A stretch of DNA of 64,000 nucleotides from assembly GCF_963676685.1 (NCBI RefSeq), contig NC_092352.1:20708001-20772000 (forward strand), given 5' to 3'. This document shows positions 60,901 to 64,000 of this stretch, one piece after another. The first letter of the stretch is position 1, and each line of letters opens with the position of its first letter. Below the pieces are notes generated by a model that did not search any database, had not been told where the DNA came from, and saw only the letters and a list, made by a program, of their open reading frames with translations. Source of the DNA: Mytilus edulis (Eukaryota). A program made the position numbers and the translations under genes.

Positions 60901-63785
60901 TCGAATCAACGAGGACAAATGTATTTTCAATAATAAATTTAAAAAAAATATCTTACACCAATTTATTGAAGAATTGAAATTATTCACCAACGTCCATTTT
61001 TGATTGATAGAAGGACAAAATAATCTTTAAAATACTTTTTCCCCTTGCTTCAAAGTTACAGCACTACATTTAAACAATTTTAACAATTACATATACTGTG
61101 ATGGTGGCAATAGAATGAGAATCAATCTATCATTTCCCAAGAGGTCAAACATATGAACGATTTCAAATCATAAGTACCATGTACATGATATATTTAATGT
61201 TTCAGAAATATTAGCTAGCCAGTCTGGAGTAGAAGACTTACAAGCAACTTTACAAAAATTAAGACAGGACCAGTTGGGTAAGCATTTGTTATCATATCTT
61301 TTGAGATTATTTTAGGTTTAAAATGTCCAGTTGGACCTTAATATCCAGGCCCATTCAGTTACTGTTTGTTTGTTTATAAATTTTTTGGTACTTTTCAGTA
61401 GTTAATGAAGTTTGGGTAAAATATATATGGCATTTCTTGAAACGATATATTTCTTTCATTGTCTATATAAAACTTGCCTTGAAGCTGAAATAAAGATACA
61501 GATACCAGTATTGTGTGTATTATTGATTTAAAAAAAAAAAAAAAAGTAACACAATTTTTTTTTTAAATCAAGATAAGTATATAAAACTTTTTTTGTTTTC
61601 AGATGCTGTTTTGAGATTTTGTGGTCAGTGGAATACAAACAGTAAAAACTGTCATGAAGCACAGTTTATATTGTCTGTAGTGTTGAAATCTTACACAGCA
61701 GAAGATCTTCTGAAGTTTCCTAATATGAAATCAACAATAGAATCCTTATTACCTTACACCGGTAAGTAAATGACAGGTGCTCTAGTAATTGTAATGTAAG
61801 CTTATAATGGGATGGCAAATTGCTATACTGTTTTTGAATACAAATTTTATGATTATTTTAGTTTAATGAATCAGACAAAAGTTTTATGTTCACCAATTTA
61901 ACATATTAAAAGTTCCAAAATTGTCTAAATCTTTATAAGTATTTAAAAGCAATAAAACACCTGCAGAAGCTAAATGATATTTCACTAGTAAAGGCTGTTC
62001 TATAAAGGCATACATAAAACTAGGGAATAGCAACTTAAATTTACCACAATGGATGGGTATAAAATATGTTGTATGGGTTTGAATGTACGCAGCACTCTGA
62101 AATGGCTTCTATGGGTTGTCACTCTTTTTTTTCAAAATGCTTTCCCTGGGTGCAATGTGCATTTTAATGAAACGGCCCCAAGTCTGACATACATAAGTAT
62201 ATGAATGTAAAACAGATGAGCACCCTATACCAAGCTCAACATATATGGAATTGTTATGTGTTGAATTTATTTTCAGAGAGACATTTCAACAGATTGACAA
62301 GACTACAACAACAAGCCATGTTTGTGGAGTATACATGGCAGTGTATGAAAGGAATAACTGATATAAACAGGTATTCATACACAATTATATTTATATACTA
62401 CAACAACAAGCCATGTTTGTGGAGTATACATGGCAGTGTATGAAAGGAATAACTGATATAAACAGGTATTCATACACAATTATATTTATAAAGCATTTTA
62501 TCCTTTATATGCTAGAGGGTTTTTTTAAATACAGAAGACACACACATAAATTATTATGTGTGTGAATGAAAAGAAAATTTTTTATTATCTGACATAAAGG
62601 TATTGTTTCTTTTAATATGCTTTGTTTAATATTTTGTAAACACAGTGTTTAAAATCAAAATTCTAGCCAAAAAGCATGTAGAATACCCTGGTTCTGATAA
62701 GATATTAATATGAACAGTTTCCGCTTGCTGCTCTTTGGTTGGGTTGTTGTCTCTTTGACACATTCCCTAATTCCATTCTCAATTTTATCTTTTTGTATGA
62801 CAAAATAATAACATCAAAACATTATGATTGCAGTATAACTAAGCTATTTTTCACTGTGTGGTTTTCAAGACCTGCAAGATAAATCAGTACTTGATCACAT
62901 TTTTATCTTTGTCTTTTTTTAAAGCAGTGAAACTGAAGACAGAGTCGGACAATTTGTTATTGACAAAAATCCAAATAATGTTGATGACGATGAAAATATG
63001 GAAATGTCTGATGAAGATGAAGACAAAATGAAACACAGTAATATGGTAAGTAACTAGATAGTAATGGGAACCATCACAGCAGCCCTGCAGCATGTAAACA
63101 AGTAATGGATGATGCCAATAGGGTTATTACTTAGAAACGATATTTATACAAACACACAGGGATGTTTTAGTTGAGTTATGTTTTTGACCATATCTTTCAA
63201 TGTAGGGTTTCCTTCTGGGTACATGACACACCAATTAAGTAGTGGCAAACTCCAGGTAGTTTAAAGTAAGGCAGCAAAAAGGATTTTAGGAATATTCACA
63301 CCAAGTTTCAACGCTGAACTCATACCATATTTATTGTTTTAATGAGGATTTTAAAATTAGAGTTTTGAAATTATTTGTGACTGACAGATGCATGGAAGAG
63401 CAAGTGATACTATAGGCCTTCCATTTCTGTATCTGTACGGGACTAACAAAATCAAAATGCTCACAGCATTCATACATGTTACAGATTACTTGTTATCTGT
63501 CAATAAAGAATTAGGGCTTTCCTAAAAATCATTAACAAGTATTGATTGTACTGAAAGAAAAGACAATTAGTTGTATAATTTCCTGTAAACTTTATTTACA
63601 CATTTGTTGAAAAAAAATAAATTGTTTTAACTTTAATTAAAAAAAAAAGTTCTAAATTTCTATTTTGACAGGTTAGTAAAATGGAGGAAAGCAGTAAACT
63701 GTCTTTAAAAAGAAGAAAAATAAGGAAGAAAATAGACAGTCGTAAAAGAGTAAAACAAGCTGTCAACAAAAAGAAGAGGAAATAA
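15898..63785 (+). CDS. TBL3: Transducin beta-like protein 3 (UTP13; WD40 repeats + Utp13 C-terminal domain), gene span, 24 coding exons, ~864 aa once the 1-nt excess in exon 17 is removed
   Basis: The spliced exons give FYTGGKIQ, HGHTDIVL, AHDKDINSIAVSPND, GHRKGIWCVQFSPVDQ, TFEGHDSSVL, WNTNSKNCHEAQ and LLPYTERHFNRL, all TBL3 hallmarks. All introns are GT-AG with compatible phases except 16/17. Confidence 0.95.
16735..19247 (+). mobile_element. Dispersed (SINE-like) repeat interrupted by a HINE
   Basis: Sequence at 16735-16921 resumes at 19030. Its 3' end GTTGTTGTCxCTTTGACACATTCCCxATTCCATTCTCAAT recurs at ~62730-62790. Confidence 0.55.
16922..19029 (+). mobile_element. Helentron-type HINE, copy 1
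   Basis: SubTIRs TATACGACCGCA / TGCGGTCGTATA, (CGT)n microsatellite, ~158-bp internal tandem repeats, 3' GC hairpin, T-rich insertion site, no TSD. Closely related copy at 52950-54980. Confidence 0.88.
19275..20637. mobile_element. TIR DNA element (CAGGGCTCAC..) with 6-bp TSD
   Basis: TIR CAGGGCTCACGCTAC / GTAGTGTGAGCCCTG (14/15). AGTGTT is duplicated at 19269-19274 and 20638-20643. Confidence 0.8.
22605..22962. repeat. ~88-100-bp tandem repeat, 4 copies, inside MULE-1
   Basis: ATTCTAAATAAAGTATTTTCGCGGACTATGACAG..GTGCAGGATATCTTAGTAG repeated. Confidence 0.9.
24530..24759 (+). mobile_element. Short dispersed repeat (ends GAGTTGTCTCATTGGCACTCA.ACCACATCTTC) inserted in the LINE
   Basis: Splits the LINE sequence GAACAGGCAT^ATAAATCC. 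Other copies at ~3755-3845, ~9870-9927, ~13920-13990 (-) and ~51108-51270 (-). Confidence 0.75.
26257..26308 (+). CDS. TBL3: TBL3 exon 2
   Basis: FAVSQKHEAFYTGGKIQ, flanked by AG/GT. Confidence 0.9.
27117..27212 (+). CDS. TBL3: TBL3 exon 3
   Basis: RSQNGELLFCGCGNKVNVLDVTTGKVTETLEQ. Confidence 0.9.
27174..28048 (+). repeat. 62-bp minisatellite, ~14 copies, made of the TBL3 exon 3 3' end plus its donor site
   Basis: Unit GATGTTACAACTGGGAAAGTMACAGAAACATTAGAGCAG|GTTGGTACAATATATAGTTCTTG. Confidence 0.95.
29437..29484 (+). CDS. TBL3: TBL3 exon 4
   Basis: EEDEEITCYCITPDDK. Confidence 0.88.
30440..30705 (-). mobile_element. Dispersed retro-element-like repeat fragment
   Basis: Shares the CCTGCTCCACATGTGGCA..GTGTTGCT block with fragments at ~15955-16015 (opposite strand) and ~37420-37485. 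Confidence 0.5.
31047..31124 (+). CDS. TBL3: TBL3 exon 5
   Basis: YLIVATRHLVLRQWLWKEKSITRTWK. Confidence 0.9.
31826..31974 (+). CDS. TBL3: TBL3 exon 6
   Basis: AIHNSAVTAMTFDKTSTLLATGSSDSSIKLWD..RGHQGVV. Confidence 0.92.
33073..33243 (+). CDS. TBL3: TBL3 exon 7
   Basis: VVEFHP..LFSSANDNKVRVWD..AHFSVVTSL. Confidence 0.92.
33580..33655 (+). CDS. TBL3: TBL3 exon 8
   Basis: GGRDNILAVWDVEKLQVIKTIPILE. Confidence 0.92.
33880..33976 (+). CDS. TBL3: TBL3 exon 9
   Basis: NVESVVLLPE..VITFGSK. Confidence 0.9.
33992..34200. mobile_element. MITE with G/C-run termini and 6-bp TSD, 15 nt downstream of the exon 9 donor
   Basis: TAAACT at 33986-33991 and 34201-34206; internal (ATCCCGA)-type repeats. Confidence 0.7.
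34683..34885 (+). CDS. TBL3: TBL3 exon 10
   Basis: GSMKIWNV..VVADHTISMYNIENIEIQKQ. Confidence 0.9.
35815..36015 (+). CDS. TBL3: TBL3 exon 11
   Basis: FCGYTDEILDLQFIG..QILHGHTDIVL..ATASK. Confidence 0.93.
36700..36835. repeat. Fold-back element end: perfect 40-bp inverted arms with an inner secondary stem
   Basis: 36700-36739 is the reverse complement of 36796-36835; inner CCCATATCAGC / GCTGATATGGG. Confidence 0.85.
37153..37259 (+). CDS. TBL3: TBL3 exon 12
   Basis: DNSIRMWNLD..GQGHTSSVGSIIFS. Confidence 0.92.
37842..38028 (+). CDS. TBL3: TBL3 exon 13
   Basis: FVVSGGEDCTIKMWD..AHDKDINSIAVSPNDKYIVTASQDKTAK. Confidence 0.93.
38445..38534 (+). CDS. TBL3: TBL3 exon 14
   Basis: LW..GVLRGHRKGIWCVQFSPVDQ. 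Confidence 0.93.
38615..43013 (+). mobile_element. Helentron-type HINE carrying ~8.5 tandem copies of a ~502-bp unit
   Basis: 5' TTTTTAGCTCACCTG + hairpin, (CGTC/CGT)n microsatellite, units at 38720, 39224, 39727, 40228, 40730, 41231, 41730, 42231 and 42728, 3' subTIR AGGTGAGC and hairpin AGGCTCT-AGAGCCT. Confidence 0.9.
43169..43696. mobile_element. Non-autonomous Kolobok-like DNA transposon
   Basis: TTAA TSD on both sides; 12-bp TIR AGTCATATGAAA / TTTCATATGACT with purine-purine termini. Confidence 0.75.
43853..43921 (+). CDS. TBL3: TBL3 exon 15
   Basis: CAVTSSADGTIKIWSLSDFTCVK. Confidence 0.93.
45783..46910 (-). CDS. DIRS-A tyrosine recombinase
   Basis: Catalytic set R (AQRSQ), K (KTTRP), HSYR, W (ANW), Y (FY). 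Overlaps the 3' end of pol. Confidence 0.93.
   Translation of the reverse strand: MDNSVMVSKVIESINRFSCKIASVVKLANSSTQQSKSYNEHKKNVSYRLSCFRKHLLNQGFSDKTTKIFLKSWRKSTNVQYEYSWRSWVLWCNSRQTSPTSPSVKLLLDYLSILFQKGRSYSCINSHKSAICQTLTLLGNLSFENNSYIQRFLKGVFNLRPPRPRYLFTWDVGKVLSYLESLYPLQDLDLKMLTLKCVALIALASAQRSQTLASLNLNSVLSTGTSFIFRVTTLLKTTRPKNIGQDVIIPVFQKKEICPVETLKHYIHRTKDLRKSSKLFISFRTLKAVTSCSIARWLKLVLSNAGINVLKFKAHSYRSASSSAAKRAGISLNDILKTANWASAQTFKKFYCKDIEVDNTNSNYVHSVFNHTFTA
46598..48754 (-). CDS. DIRS-A Pol (RT, RNase H, phage-like DNA adenine methyltransferase domain); probably entered by -1 frameshift
   Basis: LDLTDAY, LPFG, YIDD; TDAS..GWGA, HINILELKA, DNLSR; DLFAS..DAF..YIFPPF. The listed start (48646) is GTG and the frame is open back past 48754. 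Confidence 0.92.
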   Translation of the reverse strand, partial: FFRQKGLSAKTKLSEPTGSIERKQTQHLQSEKKILKVRNKSINIKRKSGKLKNFISNWKYLTKDNWIISTIKGYKIEFDEKPIQEKIPVPIKFNNKEKALIDKEIVDMLEKGAIKESFDESEQFISNIFLVKKKNGKFRPVINLKPLNQFISYHHFKQETLDLILKGISKNSFFTSLDLTDAYFSISIYESDRKYLKFIWNEKLYEFQCLPFGIASAPRVFTKILKVIFSHIRSMGIDSYFYIDDSLLQAENFDLAVQNTEKVKTFIESVGFDINIEKSVFIPTNRIIFLGYIIDSVLFKVFLPEEKVRKIIELSNKMLKAHKVSIRSLAQLTGLYSSAHYAVQYAHLFHRYLDLDKTQALHASNNNFNSFLNISVEGKSEIVWWLENVKTVNGRPIRNDSPSYYLHTDASLNGWGAVFHGKQTQGHWSLEEQCLHINILELKAIYFSIISLCCHVERTHICVKSDSSTAVNYINNQGGSVLSLLEITKQIWHWCIKNKVLLSAVHIPGKENIIPDNLSRNFNDTSEWKLNESVFNEVTKHFFIPDTDLFASRLNNQLNNFVSWFPDPDAYATDAFSFSWHKLYPYIFPPFSQISRVLQKIEDDQVSRAILIVPVWTTQLWYPKLLKALIDFPVKLPQLSNLLTLAHNNQSHTMNTRKMFLIACLVSGNISLIKVFQTKLQKSFLNLGESQPMFSMNTLGEAGFCGVIQDKLVPLLHL
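48649..49983 (-). CDS. DIRS-A Gag-like ORF1
   Basis: First ATG at 49983. P-VN-EIW..D..LQ..Q, LS-KRR..LKP and LFG motifs typical of DIRS ORF1; RG-rich tail. Confidence 0.85.
   Translation of the reverse strand: MSRCTSRLSDSESDNDDEILKLFASDEEVDASFSGFSQVENINDPEFDNPEAQILIAEDIRMAVTQKQKQQQTEKGKKSTSSTKGKALASKQKTPKRQVTEMDNELPSGSGITVSPVKKRGKGTKATKPGTGTVKKTAAKNQVDQSELLKTLFKGLSDTLVSTLSHNNEMSSKNIDNNMEFSENESDEQVIDTHYNIFSDEENEPQVIASDDEFDYELPKIFEDDEKYDEEVSASLAKVFDNICKKKSDVSVMTREMKIPVNCKSLVAPPVNAEIWQFLERKAKTADLNLQTIQKSLGCGMVPLIRVAEILKSKTPDVKLMRENISKALAILSNTHFELSIKRRMSLKPHIDKKYHQLCNRNEDVGSNLFGDEVGKRLKDINEINKINKNITSSYGRNSNYRGSFRGRSRFLGRRGYQPRQSYQSPRGQLRGNRPNTFNQKRRF
50511..50591. repeat. Perfect AT-rich palindrome, 40-bp arms with a 1-nt spacer
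   Basis: ATATATTAATGATATATTGAATAAATACAATATTGCATAC-T-reverse complement. Confidence 0.95.
50979..51049 (+). CDS. TBL3: TBL3 exon 16
   Basis: TFEGHDSSVLRVVFLTRGMQLLS, phase-2 donor. Confidence 0.92.
51408..51565 (+). CDS. TBL3: TBL3 exon 17 (one extra G near 51409-51411)
   Basis: GSDGLLKIWTIKTNECVKTFDEHDDKVWGL..WQ. 158 nt where 157 is needed. Confidence 0.88.
51967..52025 (+). CDS. TBL3: TBL3 exon 18
   Basis: DITQEVEDTTRKEQEQFII. Confidence 0.88.
52323..52426 (+). CDS. TBL3: TBL3 exon 19
   Basis: EQELSNLIQQKKYHKAIALAIKLEQPFRVLTILK (start of Utp13 domain). Confidence 0.92.
52508..52949 (+). mobile_element. Short HINE-like element
   Basis: GGGGCAT motif near both ends, (GTCC/GTTC)n microsatellite, two ~170-bp internal repeats, 3' hairpin GTGT..ACAC. 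Confidence 0.7.
52950..54980 (+). mobile_element. Helentron-type HINE, copy 2 (same family as 16922-19029)
   Basis: Same termini, (CGT)n microsatellite and internal repeats. Confidence 0.88.
55978..57105 (-). CDS. DIRS-B tyrosine recombinase
   Basis: GQRIQTL, KTSKPG, HSTR, AGW and FYNR catalytic motifs. Confidence 0.93.
   Translation of the reverse strand: MEHSTLVPSNTASYCSGFLHNTQGKRTTVVDTANRSSKETSVEKTDFGCLQIVGQIVQNTGLSKKAAEIVISSWRQSTQKQYWTYLKKWCTFCCQRKIDIFTRTEVDVVEFLTVLYESGVGYSSINTARSALSSYLTLGKTLPIGQWPLVKRFLRGVYNKRPMFPRYQQTWDVNVVLEFLITLSPVKLLSLRCLTLKLVMLLALVTGQRIQTLHCVDLDFMKITKDNVVIEINEVLKTSKPGKHLSPICLPAFVDDTRLCIVTVLNAYIERTSAIRTSQKLFVTFVKPYHHPTKSTISNWFKLVLKLAGVNTSVFKTHSTRGASTSAALRAGVSVNSILKSAGWTNESTFRQFYNRPVTVQEVNDNYSVRVLRGK
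56781..58973 (-). CDS. DIRS-B Pol (RT, RNase H, methyltransferase-like domain); probably entered by -1 frameshift
   Basis: IDLKDAY, LPNG, YIDD; TDSS..GWGG, HINYLELKA, ADKLSR; DLFAS..DAF..FPPF. The listed start (58898) is TTG and the frame is open back past 58973. Confidence 0.92.
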   Translation of the reverse strand, partial: FFRETHLQKEKVQKEVPRAGQEVLELPKQISLPVSTSVQQLNTQFTFSNTPDNFIGGKVKTFLDNWMSLTSDNWVLDVVKGYQIEFEQIPYQNKEPNLLQFDKDETNMVQLEIDKFLQKQIIKPVTYIKNQYVSNIFTRPKKDGTCRVILNLKVLNNDIEKHHFKMETLKSAIQCVSQNCWFASIDLKDAYYSISIDHKDRKYLRFYWNEQLYEYTCLPNGLTTAPRIFTKVLKVPFSHLRKIGHKNVAYIDDSLLISDSYSQCAINISDTVTLLDKLGFTIHPVKSVFEPTQTITFLGFVVNSITMTIKLTTEKAQAIKLTCCKYVKNRQMSIRQFAQIIGKLIAAEPGVEHALIYIKSLEIEKDKFLKQNNGDFDTKIIISNESVDVLNWWISHVESSFKPLVRKDPEIILKTDSSKTGWGGVVDNTQLQTKGFWSYEEQKLHINYLELKAAFLAFKCFCSTKSDKHVRIYMDNMVAVTYIDKMGGRIQSLNTLTMEIWQWCIHRNIWLSACHLPGKTNVEADKLSRSNNTDLEWKLNTNVFMCINSIYGPHDIDLFASRINHQLSRYISYLPDPNAEAVDAFSIRWTNFNSFVFPPFSMVGKVIQKLILEEAEITLIAPLWSTQHWFPQILHHIVQDSYIIPREKGQQLLILPTDPQKKHPLKKLILGVFRLSGKLFKIQDYQKRLQKLSSHPGDKVHKNSIGHISKNGVHFVVNERLIFLRELRWM
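58901..59463 (-). CDS. DIRS-B Gag-like ORF1, exon 2
   Basis: Acceptor TTTCCTTTTCAG|GT ATC TGG; IWSQM..DVKLQKNQ..RRRALI..LFG. Confidence 0.85.
59680..60532 (-). CDS. DIRS-B Gag-like ORF1, exon 1
   Basis: ATG at 60532. Ends ..KYAKPENVHSLTVPKINL G|GTGAGT. Spliced product is 471 aa. Confidence 0.85.
61206..61277 (+). CDS. TBL3: TBL3 exon 20
   Basis: EILASQSGVEDLQATLQKLRQDQL. Confidence 0.9.
61603..61761 (+). CDS. TBL3: TBL3 exon 21
   Basis: AVLRFCGQWNTNSKNCHEAQ..ESLLPYT. Confidence 0.93.
62277..62370 (+). CDS. TBL3: TBL3 exon 22
   Basis: ERHFNRLTRLQQQAMFVEYTWQCMK. Confidence 0.92.
62302..62490 (+). repeat. 95-bp tandem duplication of the TBL3 exon 22 3' part plus its donor site
   Basis: ACTACAACAACAAGCCATG..ATAAACAG|GTATTCATACACAATTATATTTATA occurs at 62302 and 62397. 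Confidence 0.92.
62925..63045 (+). CDS. TBL3: TBL3 exon 23 (acidic tail; NAGNAG acceptor at 62925 or 62928)
   Basis: Polypyrimidine tract + AAG CAG, open frame SETEDRVGQF..DEDEDKMKHSNM, donor GTAAGT. Confidence 0.75.
63672..63785 (+). CDS. TBL3: TBL3 exon 24 (basic tail, stop)
   Basis: TTTTGACAG|GTT; VSKMEESSKLSLKRRKIRKK..KKKRK* in phase 0. Confidence 0.75.
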   Translation, partial: VSKMEESSKLSLKRRKIRKKIDSRKRVKQAVNKKKRK

Positions 63786-64000
63786 AAAATATATTTTAGT
63801 TATTATCTATTTGTTGAGTTCTATAATACTATTGGCCATTATATGTAAACCTATTTTATTTCTAATGGTAAATTCCTTTTTTGCAAGTAATTTGTTAGTT
63901 GTTAATATCTAATTTGCTGACTAGTCCGAACACAGCTGACATTATGCAAAAAGATTTGGTTCCCTATATCAGTGTAAATATATATACAAATTTAAATAGA

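Overview
AT-rich animal genomic DNA; repeat content and gene style suggest a bivalve mollusc such as Mytilus (inference, not verified). There are two divergently oriented host genes. (1) Minus strand: a two-coding-exon RNF151/NRDP1-type RING + TRAF-like zinc-finger E3 ligase with a long disordered tail containing an RS domain (CDS 11255-10748, 9753-7667; about 864 aa). (2) Plus strand: TBL3/UTP13, 24 coding exons from 15898 to 63785, with an apparent 1-nt frameshift at about 51409. TBL3 introns are packed with transposons: a five-level nest in intron 1 (LINE > MULE > MULE > dispersed repeat > Helentron-type HINE), a HINE carrying a ~502-bp satellite-like array, and two distinct, ORF-intact DIRS1-like tyrosine-recombinase retrotransposons (44763-50287, 55397-60795), both antisense to TBL3. 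Highlights: DIRS-B has a canonical GT-AG spliceosomal intron inside gag; both DIRS elements have an in-frame U_UUU_UUA slippery site linking gag to an ATG-less pol in the -1 frame; DIRS-A Gag carries an acidic FxGF (LEDGF-IBD/TND-binding-like) motif; and four tandem repeats in the window straddle splice junctions of the host genes.
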